Positions 1 to 8,462 of a stretch of 64,000 nt of DNA are shown in pieces. Position numbers and translations under genes: made by a program. The DNA is from an uncultured candidate division Zixibacteria bacterium (lineage in GTDB: Bacteria > Zixibacteria > MSB-5A5 > UBA10806 > 4484-95). The notes under the pieces are model-generated. The model did no database searches, was not told the DNA's origin, and saw only the letters and a program-made list of their open reading frames with translations. The stretch spans positions 416,001-480,000 of the forward strand of contig CAXXKA010000001.1 in NCBI GenBank assembly GCA_963668625.2. Reading direction: 5' to 3'. Each line of letters opens with the position of its first letter. The first letter of the stretch is position 1.

Positions 1-1
1 T

Positions 2-841
2 AAAATAACGCTGCCGGTTATAGGCGATATAAACGCCGTTGGTTTGACCACCGCCCAGCTTGCCAAGGATGTTGTCAAGCAGATATCATTCTACAATCCG
101 GGTATCTCTCAGGCAACAGTGATAGTCAGTGAATACAACAGTAAAGTCGTGGTTATAAGCGGTTCGGTAAATACCCCTGGCGAGTATCATTTCGAGCGCA
201 TTCCTAACATACTCGAGGTTATCCGTCGCGCGGGAGGCGCCATGCCGGAGGCCGATTTAACCGGCGTAACCATTATCCGCCAGAGTGATGAGGGCAAAGC
301 TGATGTTATCGATGTTAACCTGGCTAAATATATCAAAGATGGCGACCTAACTAAAATGCCGAAACTGAAGGCGAAGGATATGGTCAACGTCCCGGTTTCG
401 CCGTATGGTGTTACCACCGAATTAATGACCGGTCAGACTTTTGAGGGTAAGGATATTTATTATATCTATGGCGCCGTCAACGAGCCGGGCGTAAAACAGC
501 TGGCCGAGGATATCGAACTCGTGGATGCTATCGCAGCCGCCGGTGGTATTACCGCCGACGCTGATATGAAAAACGTGCGGGTCGTGCTGAAAGATGTCCG
601 CTATTCGTCGGTGCTTAAATTCAATTTGAAAGATTATCACGATACGGGTCGTCCGGCCCGCTACAGGCTGAAGCCGGAGGACACCATTTACATTCCTTAC
701 GGCGGCGGCGGATCGTTTTTGTCGAGAATTCCCGAGCTAATAATTCCGGCGCTGGCTACGACGATCGTAACGACTATCATTATCAACGCACTAGACAGTG
801 GTGGCGACAGCGGTACTACTACCACCGAGGGGACAGAATAA
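2..841 (+). CDS. wza: Polysaccharide export protein (Wza/OPX family; Poly_export + SLBB domains), 5'-truncated by the window edge
   Basis: Frame is open from base 2 (KITLPVIGDINAVGLTTAQL, typical Poly_export core). Two SLBB repeats (ISGSVNTPGEY...GG; IYGAVNEPG...DAIAAAGG) and a C-terminal hydrophobic helix. Confidence 0.85.
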   Translation, partial: KITLPVIGDINAVGLTTAQLAKDVVKQISFYNPGISQATVIVSEYNSKVVVISGSVNTPGEYHFERIPNILEVIRRAGGAMPEADLTGVTIIRQSDEGKADVIDVNLAKYIKDGDLTKMPKLKAKDMVNVPVSPYGVTTELMTGQTFEGKDIYYIYGAVNEPGVKQLAEDIELVDAIAAAGGITADADMKNVRVVLKDVRYSSVLKFNLKDYHDTGRPARYRLKPEDTIYIPYGGGGSFLSRIPELIIPALATTIVTTIIINALDSGGDSGTTTTEGTE

Positions 842-842
842 T

Positions 843-2438
843 ATGGCCGAATCGAATAATGCGGGTCAGGTTTTTAACATACGAGATTATCTTCAGATTA
901 TAATAAAACGTAAGTGGTATTTGATAATGCCGACTATAATCGTGCCTCTGGTCGCGATATTGACGACTTTTTTCATGATGCCCACTTATCAATCCTCGAC
1001 GAAAATCCTTTTGAACGAGGCGAATGTACTGCCTTCGGTCGTGGAACAGGAGATCGGCTCGCGTACGCAGTATCGCCGTCAAAGCTCCGCTGAAATACAG
1101 AGCAAGTATTATAGCCAGATAACCTCGACTGCTTACCTGAAAAGCTTGATAGCCAAACTCGATATTCCCATTCCCGATGAGGTCAAAAGAACTATCTCCG
1201 AGCAGGTCGAAGGTATCGATAATATCGATATCGCCGAGCTGGCCGAAAATATTTTAATCAGTAAAATCCGCGATAAGATCGAGGTGAGAGTATCCGGGGC
1301 GAGTATCATCGGGATCGCCATAACCACCAATACGCCCATGATGGCCAAGAAAATGACCCAGACGCTGGCCGAGATATTTCTTGAGGAAAGCCTGGCTCAG
1401 GAATTAGCGGGTGTTCAGGGAAATATCACTTTCACCGAGGAGCAGCTGTCCGTATACCGGGATAAGCTTTACCGGGCGCAAAACGATTTAAAACAATTCC
1501 GTCAGCAAATTATTACCAGCACGGTTGAGGAAGACACTACAACGCTCTCGATGAATCTCAATTCGATATTCTCGGCGGTCGAGGCGCTTGATTCGGAAAT
1601 CAAAAGCGCTGAGGAGAGAAAATCCGAGCTGAGGATTAATCTCAGGCCACATAAAATCGATTTGAACGCCATCTCCCTGTCGGCAAAAACTCATAATCTT
1701 CAAAAGAGCCTGATGGGGACGATTCCCCGCCTGGCTGAACTTCTGGGCCGCTATAGCTGGCGTGACGCCCGAGTCGTTGCTTTGAACCAGGAAGCCCGAA
1801 TTATCAGCGACTCGATCAGAACCGAGATCGAGAATTATGTGCAGGGCAGGTATTCGAGCATTCCTAAGTATGCCCAGACGGACTTGATAGATTATCTGAT
1901 GCTCGATACCAATATGGAATTTATCCGTACCAAGAGCGCCGAGATGAGTAAAAGTATCGGCAAGATTAAATCGCGTTTAACCCGCGATCCTGATATCGAG
2001 GTAACCCTGGATCGTCTCCAGTCGGAGGTGGATCGTTATCGCGAACTGTATGATCTATTCGTGAAAAACTCACAATTCGCGGCGATCAACCAGAGCGCTA
2101 AAACCATCGAGGCCGAATCGAAATACATGATCGTTCAACCCGCTGATTTGCCACTCGAACCGGTCAGCCCCAGCCGCGTGAAAATGCTGGTATTGGGAGT
2201 GATCCTGGGAGTAGTTTTAGGCGTAGGTATTATCCTTTTGCTGGCAATCCTGGATGATTCGTATAAGAAAGTAGATGAGGTCGAAAGCGAACTGGGCTTA
2301 CAGGTTCTGGCCACTATCCCGAGATTGTCCACGCCTTATCAAACTAAAAACAAGGAGCGCGGATTAATCTACGCGGGAACCGTAATCAGTGTGTTGTTAA
2401 TAGCGGCAATCATATATATGAAATTCAGAAATGGTTAG
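843..2438 (+). CDS. Polysaccharide co-polymerase / chain-length determinant (Wzc N-terminal part, GumC/Wzz family)
   Basis: ATG 843 directly follows the wza stop. IRDYLQIIIKRKWYL + TM + PTYQSSTKILL, long coiled coil, PADLPLEPVSP + TM + DDSYKKVDEVESELGLQVLATIP. Confidence 0.88.
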   Translation: MAESNNAGQVFNIRDYLQIIIKRKWYLIMPTIIVPLVAILTTFFMMPTYQSSTKILLNEANVLPSVVEQEIGSRTQYRRQSSAEIQSKYYSQITSTAYLKSLIAKLDIPIPDEVKRTISEQVEGIDNIDIAELAENILISKIRDKIEVRVSGASIIGIAITTNTPMMAKKMTQTLAEIFLEESLAQELAGVQGNITFTEEQLSVYRDKLYRAQNDLKQFRQQIITSTVEEDTTTLSMNLNSIFSAVEALDSEIKSAEERKSELRINLRPHKIDLNAISLSAKTHNLQKSLMGTIPRLAELLGRYSWRDARVVALNQEARIISDSIRTEIENYVQGRYSSIPKYAQTDLIDYLMLDTNMEFIRTKSAEMSKSIGKIKSRLTRDPDIEVTLDRLQSEVDRYRELYDLFVKNSQFAAINQSAKTIEAESKYMIVQPADLPLEPVSPSRVKMLVLGVILGVVLGVGIILLLAILDDSYKKVDEVESELGLQVLATIPRLSTPYQTKNKERGLIYAGTVISVLLIAAIIYMKFRNG

Positions 2439-2444
2439 GAATAA

Positions 2445-3557
2445 ATGGATCAATTAACGCTAACATCGAAATTACGGGGCATGGGAAAAGAGTTTTTCCT
2501 ACAATCCTCGGGTGACCCCAAAAATAGTAAAGGAAGCTGTATACTGTTCGAGGATGGTAATCCGGTCGATGTTTTAGAATTCACTTTACCGGACAACCCC
2601 AAACAGGCGGCCGGTGTAATCGAGGAATATCATAGGTTACGCCAGGATAGATTCCAGGCGTTAAGCGATTTGTATTCGGAATTAGCCGATGAGACCGAGA
2701 CGCAGATTTTAGAGAAACTCGCCGTATCGCTGATCGAACAGAAGCTTTTCGATGAGGCGGCTAAAGTATTGGAACGCGCGGTAAAACAGGCGCCGCAGAA
2801 CTCCCGTCTGTTAAACCATCTGGGATTGACCTGCATGGAGATAGAGGATTACGATAAAGCCTACGAGAATTTCTCGAAAATAGTGGAAATACAGCCGGAT
2901 TATCCTGATTATCACAACAATCTCGGTAAAGCCCTCTTAAAAAGCGGTCAATGTTTCAAAGCTTATAAAGCATTCGAACAGGCGATAAAGTTAAACGTAT
3001 ATTTCGCTGAATCTTATTACAATATGGCCATGGCCGTGATACTAAACGGCATCAAAAAAGAGGATTATAACCTGGCGCAAAATCTCGAGGATAATGCCAC
3101 TAATTTACTGGCGAAATCGGTGGGATTTAACCCCTCGTTTAAAAATTTCTACCTTCAGAGAGGGTTGGACGCGCTCGAAAATAAAGATTTGGAACGGGCG
3201 TTTATCGAGTTGAGTAAAGGTTATGAAATAGCCACGGATGGCAAATTCCCGAAAAAAACTTTCAATTTCCATCTGGAGTATCTTTTCCAGAACGAGAACT
3301 TGCGCGAGGATTCGGTTGTCCGACACATCAAAAGATTAAATAAACAGTTGGAGTCGCATCCTAATTATCCCGATCTTTATAATGAATTGGGTATGGCATA
3401 TACGGTTTTGACACAGTTTCACAGCGACCGGGCGATAGAGGCTTTCCAGAAAGCCTTGAAATTGAATCCTGAATATAAAATCGCGATGAAAAACCTGAAA
3501 CTTACCCAGAACGAACTTAAAGGTTTGAAAACACTGTTGAGGGCTATACTAAAATGA
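2445..3557 (+). CDS. Cytoplasmic tetratricopeptide-repeat protein
   Basis: Several TPR motifs (LNHLGLTC, YPDYHNNLGKAL, YPDLYNELGMAY...AFQKALKLNPEY); no signal peptide. Confidence 0.8.
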   Translation: MDQLTLTSKLRGMGKEFFLQSSGDPKNSKGSCILFEDGNPVDVLEFTLPDNPKQAAGVIEEYHRLRQDRFQALSDLYSELADETETQILEKLAVSLIEQKLFDEAAKVLERAVKQAPQNSRLLNHLGLTCMEIEDYDKAYENFSKIVEIQPDYPDYHNNLGKALLKSGQCFKAYKAFEQAIKLNVYFAESYYNMAMAVILNGIKKEDYNLAQNLEDNATNLLAKSVGFNPSFKNFYLQRGLDALENKDLERAFIELSKGYEIATDGKFPKKTFNFHLEYLFQNENLREDSVVRHIKRLNKQLESHPNYPDLYNELGMAYTVLTQFHSDRAIEAFQKALKLNPEYKIAMKNLKLTQNELKGLKTLLRAILK

Positions 3558-4261
3558 AAATAGAGTCAGTCGTTAATTTCTATGATAGAGAATCTGTCGG
3601 CGCTACCGAATTCCGTAGGCTATACGCCAATATCCGCAAAGGCGAAAACGGCGAACTTCGCAACCTGATGATAACTTCATCTGCGGTGGAGGAGGGCAAA
3701 TCAACGATATCATCGTTTTTAGCCATGTCCATTGCCGAAAGTACCGAGCAGAAGATATTGCTTCTCGATACCGATATGCGTCGCCCGATGATTAACGTGC
3801 TGTTCAAATTGCCGCTGGAAACCGGCTTCTCCGACCTTCTTTTGAAAGAAATCGATGTTAAAGACGCTATCAAACAGACTCCCATACAGAACCTTTCGAT
3901 TATCACCGCCGGTAAACTGATTCAGGATCCCTCGGCGATTTTAAACCCAAAGAGGCTTCACGATGTTTTAGAGGAATTGAAATTCTACTTCGATTTCATC
4001 GTGGTTGACGCTCCGCCGGTTATCCCGGTGTCCGATCCTGTCATTATTGCCGCCGAAACCGATGCCACACTTCTGGTTGTCAGGGCCGGTTCGACTCCCC
4101 GGGATGTTGTCAAGCGATCGCAAAATTTCCTCAATAATTCCCGCATAAATGTACTGGGTGTTGTCCTAAACAACTACGATGAGGTACTCCCTTATTACTA
4201 TAGCCCTCGCTATTATTCGTATAAATACTATAATAGAGAGAGTGATAGTGTTAAAAAGTGA
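3554..4261 (+). CDS. Bacterial tyrosine kinase (CpsD/CapB, Wzc C-terminal part)
   Basis: Walker A TSSAVEEGKS, A' LLLDTDMRRP, B VVDAPP and C-terminal Tyr cluster YYYSPRYYSYKYY; overlaps the TPR gene stop (ATGA). Confidence 0.92.
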   Translation: MKIESVVNFYDRESVGATEFRRLYANIRKGENGELRNLMITSSAVEEGKSTISSFLAMSIAESTEQKILLLDTDMRRPMINVLFKLPLETGFSDLLLKEIDVKDAIKQTPIQNLSIITAGKLIQDPSAILNPKRLHDVLEELKFYFDFIVVDAPPVIPVSDPVIIAAETDATLLVVRAGSTPRDVVKRSQNFLNNSRINVLGVVLNNYDEVLPYYYSPRYYSYKYYNRESDSVKK

Positions 4262-4286
4262 TGCATACAATATGCAACGATATGCA
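4262..4286. promoter_or_regulatory. Candidate enhancer-binding-protein site TGCA-N7-TGCA-N6-TGCA
   Basis: TGCA tacaata TGCA acgata TGCA; the same spacing recurs at 60168 and 62213, each upstream of a sigma54-type promoter. Confidence 0.5.
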
Positions 4287-4454
4287 TAAAGAGTTTGAAT
4301 CTTATTGCAACATCATAACTTAGATTGTTAATATACTGTTAAGGACATGCCCTATTGACTCATTGTCAAGTAGTAACTGGTTGTTATGTAATTAGTTACA
4401 AGAGTACTTTCAGGTAATTATTTTTCATAATATTAACACATATTGAATAATCAA

Positions 4455-4470
4455 TGGCACCGTATTTGCA
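4455..4470 (+). promoter_or_regulatory. Sigma54 (-24/-12) promoter of the priming sugar transferase
   Basis: TGGCAC-CGTAT-TTGCA is a perfect match to TGGCAC-N5-TTGCW, about 50 bp upstream of ATG 4523; IHF-like site at 4374-4386 (one mismatch). Confidence 0.85.
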
Positions 4471-4522
4471 ATATGCCTACTTCAATGGCGAAACTTAATT
4501 TCAAAAAAATCTTGGGGGTATT

Positions 4523-5416
4523 ATGAGATACCAAAGTCCGATAGGAAATCCACTTTCACAATACTGGGAAGAGGAACTGGTATACGGCGGCGTCTCTCGT
4601 TACTGGAAAGACAGCGTTGCCGGTTTGAAGTATTTCTTTTCGGAGCATCTATTAGCGAATTTCATCCTGATTGCCAGTTTAATATTAAAAGCAGTATCAA
4701 TTAAGCCGGTAATCTCATCGGTAGTAGATTTTTATCGCATCTACGGATTCACCTGGACCGTTAAAAGAGGCCTGGATATGTTAGGCGCGATAGTAGGTAT
4801 TATTATATCATCACCGTTTTACCTTGTTGTCCCGATTTTAATCAAACTCGATTCTCCGGGACCCGTATTTTTCACTCAGGAGCGTATCGGCAAGAACCGT
4901 CGTAGAAGTAACCGTCGCAGTATGAGCGTTCCGATCTCCGATGACTTGCGCGGTAACGACCGCCGTCAGAATAGAGGTTTCGGCAAGCCTTTCGACGTAA
5001 TCAAATTCAGAACTATGCGTGCCGATGCCGAAAAGCAGACCGGACCGGTATGGGCCAAGAAAAGGGACCCTCGTATTACGAATCTGGGCGCTTTCCTGAG
5101 AGCCACCCGTATCGATGAATTACCGCAATTTTTCAATGTCCTGATGGGTGACATGAGCCTCGTGGGGCCCCGTCCCGAACGTCACTTCTTTATCGAGAAA
5201 CTTAAAAACAATATCGATAATTACGAGGGCAGGTTGTTAGTCAGGCCGGGAATCACCGGGTTGGCCCAGGTTGAGCACAAATATGACGAGTGCGAAGCCG
5301 ACACCGTTATCAAGGTTAAATACGATAACGATTATATCAAGAATTTAAATGTCTGGAAAGACATCAAGATAATGATTAAGACTTTCTATGTAGTCTTTGC
5401 CGCCAAGGGCATGTAA
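4523..5416 (+). CDS. Priming sugar transferase (phosphoglycosyl transferase, WcaJ/CpsE family)
   Basis: KRGLDMLGA, IKLDSPGPVFFTQERIG, KFRTM, DPRIT..G.FLRATRIDELPQFFNVL.GDMSLVGPRPE, RPGITGLAQV. Confidence 0.93.
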   Translation: MRYQSPIGNPLSQYWEEELVYGGVSRYWKDSVAGLKYFFSEHLLANFILIASLILKAVSIKPVISSVVDFYRIYGFTWTVKRGLDMLGAIVGIIISSPFYLVVPILIKLDSPGPVFFTQERIGKNRRRSNRRSMSVPISDDLRGNDRRQNRGFGKPFDVIKFRTMRADAEKQTGPVWAKKRDPRITNLGAFLRATRIDELPQFFNVLMGDMSLVGPRPERHFFIEKLKNNIDNYEGRLLVRPGITGLAQVEHKYDECEADTVIKVKYDNDYIKNLNVWKDIKIMIKTFYVVFAAKGM

Positions 5417-5440
5417 GAGATTACTAAAAGTTTCGCCAGT

Positions 5441-5471
5441 AAAAAGGGAAGGTTTAGGCCTTCCTTTTTTT
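5441..5471 (+). terminator. Intrinsic terminator
   Basis: AAAAAGGGAAGGT-ttag-GCCTTCCTTTTTTT after the sugar transferase stop. Confidence 0.8.
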
Positions 5472-5490
5472 ATTGGATGGGAAGTGTGAA

Positions 5491-5512
5491 GGCGGCAGGC
5501 GTCCTCGTCTGC
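5491..5512. repeat. REP-like palindrome (GGCAGRCGTCCTCGTCTGCC family)
   Basis: ggcGGCAGGCGTCCTCGTCTGCC; related copy at 32077-32102. Confidence 0.55.
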
Positions 5513-5611
5513 CATTTACCGATCTGCCCCTGCCAATTACCCCTTGTCAAATAGCCAGTGTTAACTATATTGCTTATACAGGGATGATGATAACTTGATA
5601 ATAGGTTACCT

Positions 5612-5982
5612 ATGAAATATCTCTCGTTAATATTCACGCTCACATTTATGATATCGGCCTACGCCGACTACCACTACGCCAGCCACTCCGGCAGTAATGA
5701 GTACCCGTATACAAGCTGGGGGACGGCGACTGACAGCATACAGCTTGCCATAGATGCCGCAGAGGCCGGGGATACGGTTGGGGGATATGGGAGCAGTACG
5801 ATATAATGGAACGTGTAGTTCGCAAACTTGTAAATGAGAGGAGGTATCCGGGGGAACACAGTGTAACATGGGATGGCAGAAACGATATGTGAGGCGAGGT
5901 ATCATCGGGCGTGTATTTTGTAAGATTAATTGTCTCTGATCTAGAGCTTATTAAACCTAATAAGATAATGTTAGTGAGATGA
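5612..5982 (+). pseudogene. Internally deleted secreted-protein gene: N-terminus joined out of frame to a C-terminal sorting domain with an internal stop
   Basis: 5612-5780 gives signal peptide + YHYASHSGSNEYPYTSWGTATDSIQLAIDAAEAGDTV. Another frame from ~5797 reads YDIMERVVRKLVNERRYPGEHSVTWDGRNDM*GEVSSGVYFVRL...KIMLVR* (FlgD-Ig/sorting tail; TGA at 5890-5892). Confidence 0.8.
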
Positions 5983-6003
5983 TAAATAAAGGAGGAGGTA
6001 ATT

Positions 6004-7980
6004 TTGAGAATAATGCTAATCTCGTTGTTGGTCATATTTATGGTATCAATTGCAATGCCATTTGAAAACGACGAGTTGCCATTTGGCGCGATGTATTACA
6101 ACGATTATAGCCAGGGTGATTTGGACGATTTGGATTTGACGTGTTTCAATTTTATATCGGATTACGATTATGTCAATGATACTAAGTTGCAGGATGTCGC
6201 CAATCGCGACTTATTTCTTATAAACTGTGGTAAGGATGGCAGCTTCAACTATGATCGTGCCACGGCTTTTTTCAGGTATACCTGGTCGAATTACGGGATA
6301 ATAGATGTTGGTTATCCCCATGCTAATCCGGAGGTAGCTATGATACCTTTATCAGGTCATTGGAGTAATGATAATTCGATGTGGGTATCCGATAGTGGTT
6401 CAGCCGATATTTTAAGCGGTTTCAGCACACATTTACAGAAGTTCAATTCTAATAATGTCGGTAATGCTTATGATGGTCAGAGAATTAAGGTTTTTGAGAG
6501 ATACTTAGGGCGGCCTTTTAGCTATGTTGATGATGGGAATATAGAATATACAATAGAAGTTGGTTCTAAGGTTGATGTTATAGGTGATACATTAGATGTG
6601 GTAGCTGTTGTTTTAACTGGTTTAAGTAAATGGGATGCGGATAGTGTATTATGGGATACGCTTGGATTAATAACCGCCGGGGATTTCGATAATGATAACA
6701 CACTTAAACCGCTTAGCTTTACCTATACTTTTCCTGATTCTTATACATATTTCTACCGTGGTTCTGCTAAAACTATATATGAAAATTCTACTAAGCGCGA
6801 TAACGCTGTATTTTCATTGGAGATACAGACAACTGGCGCCAGAGAGTTCTCGGTGGATGAGATTAAGATGTCGGATTTACCAGGAAGATATCTAGTAGAA
6901 GATACGCTCTACAACCAACAAATTAGAGCCGAATTCGATACTATAACAGCATACCCTGAAGACATCTATGGTTGGATGCAGATGGACGAGCCGGTATGGT
7001 TAAATTTTGCTCCTTTAGGACATGTAGACAGCTTAATGCACACAGTTAATTCGGATTGGGTGACTTTTACAAATTTTTGGCAATATATAAAAAACAAGGA
7101 ATCTTATTTCAATGAAGTTGATATCGACTATGTGAATCCGGATATATATCCCTTTGGCTGGTATAACAGCTACTGCGGCACTGATTATCAGATCTACAGA
7201 GAGCCGACAAAAGATGGGCCACTTGATAGGTTTGATAATCACCTTAAAATGGCAAAGCCTGACGGGGATTCTTTAGTTTTTTGGGTTACGCCACAATCTT
7301 TTGGATGTTTAGAATACGACGCCAGTAACTGCGGTTGGCGAAAACCTACTGCCTCAGAATTATCGGTTCAAACATTTATGGCTTTATCCTGGGGCGCTCG
7401 TGGAATTCATTACTGGTTTTACTATTCGACTGGTTTCAGTAACATGAGTGGGATAATCGATAATGATGGCACAAAAACAGATTCATACTATGAAATAAAA
7501 GATTACATCGGCCCATACATACAAGCCTTTGATGAGTACTATATGCCATTGAAGTGGATACATTCATATCAGTATAATCCAGATGATCCTGATGTACCTG
7601 ACAGCTCGGTTATCTCCTCGATACAGGCGTATTCCCATCCCGACAGCACAAATCCAGATGTTGGCTGGTTTCAGGTGGGTGAATTCGAGGATACTATAGG
7701 CAGTGAAAAATACTTCATGCTGGTTAATAGAGCATGCAATATCAATAGTACACTAATCGCTCCATCTGTTACAGCGATAGTTGAATTAAGCCGTGGTGCA
7801 TTTCCCAATGCTAATAGACTTTTTGTTGTTGATCTTGCCAATGATCTTGATAAAATAAATGGCGAGTGGACTGCTATTCCCGATACTACCTACTGCTATG
7901 TCAACAATCGAAATTTCTTCTACGAAACCAGGCTGCGCGCCGGCGAAGGGCGATTATATAAAATCGTAGAAATTCGCTGA
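6004..7980 (+). CDS. Secreted hypothetical protein with a glycoside-hydrolase-like TIM-barrel region
   Basis: Strong RBS (GGAGGAGG), TTG start, signal peptide; motifs WMQMDEP, PDIYPF, FWVTPQSF, RKPTASELSVQTFMALSWGARGIHYWFY. Looks AT-richer than its neighbours. Confidence 0.6.
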   Translation: MRIMLISLLVIFMVSIAMPFENDELPFGAMYYNDYSQGDLDDLDLTCFNFISDYDYVNDTKLQDVANRDLFLINCGKDGSFNYDRATAFFRYTWSNYGIIDVGYPHANPEVAMIPLSGHWSNDNSMWVSDSGSADILSGFSTHLQKFNSNNVGNAYDGQRIKVFERYLGRPFSYVDDGNIEYTIEVGSKVDVIGDTLDVVAVVLTGLSKWDADSVLWDTLGLITAGDFDNDNTLKPLSFTYTFPDSYTYFYRGSAKTIYENSTKRDNAVFSLEIQTTGAREFSVDEIKMSDLPGRYLVEDTLYNQQIRAEFDTITAYPEDIYGWMQMDEPVWLNFAPLGHVDSLMHTVNSDWVTFTNFWQYIKNKESYFNEVDIDYVNPDIYPFGWYNSYCGTDYQIYREPTKDGPLDRFDNHLKMAKPDGDSLVFWVTPQSFGCLEYDASNCGWRKPTASELSVQTFMALSWGARGIHYWFYYSTGFSNMSGIIDNDGTKTDSYYEIKDYIGPYIQAFDEYYMPLKWIHSYQYNPDDPDVPDSSVISSIQAYSHPDSTNPDVGWFQVGEFEDTIGSEKYFMLVNRACNINSTLIAPSVTAIVELSRGAFPNANRLFVVDLANDLDKINGEWTAIPDTTYCYVNNRNFFYETRLRAGEGRLYKIVEIR

Positions 7981-8089
7981 TATTTCAGGCCGTTGAAACC
8001 TATAAAGCATACATGTTAATCTATAATAATTAATACAATTATTTTTTCTTGCATATCTCATCATAACCCGTTGATATGACATAAATAAC

Positions 8090-8118
8090 TTGAACTTTAT
8101 GACGATATAATTTATACT
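8090..8118 (+). promoter_or_regulatory. Sigma70-type promoter
   Basis: TTGAAC-17 bp-TATACT immediately upstream of GTG 8130. Confidence 0.5.
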
Positions 8119-8129
8119 GGCGATACGTT

Positions 8130-8423
8130 GTGTTTATCTCAGAAACAATAAAGGTAAAACAGGATAAAACCGATAGGCGGCCTATCGAGTTTATCTGGAG
8201 GGGTGAGCCAAAACATATAGTAGAAATCATTGCCCAATGGCAGGATTGGAAATTTCCCAGAGGCGTAACTCAGGCCGATTGGAAAGCCCGCCGCCATAGG
8301 AATTACTACCAGGTGCTTTGCGATGACGGCGTTACTTACGAAATCTACCTGGATCGTAAGGACACCGATAAATTGACCTGGTACCTGTATAGGATAATCG
8401 ATGATGTCGAGCCGGTTGAATGA
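8130..8423 (+). CDS. DUF6504-like small protein
   Basis: P..F.WRG....IVEIIAQW.DW...W..R..RNYYQV.CDDG..YEIY.DR.....WYLYRIID pattern. Confidence 0.65.
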   Translation: MFISETIKVKQDKTDRRPIEFIWRGEPKHIVEIIAQWQDWKFPRGVTQADWKARRHRNYYQVLCDDGVTYEIYLDRKDTDKLTWYLYRIIDDVEPVE

Positions 8424-8462
8424 AAATAAGCTATTTCGATAATTGAGGAGGTAATTTTTTAG

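Noticed and set aside
5890-5892. Selenocysteine or recoded TGA
   Set aside because: It falls at a Gly position of a sorting domain in an already broken gene, and TGA is a normal stop in other genes here.
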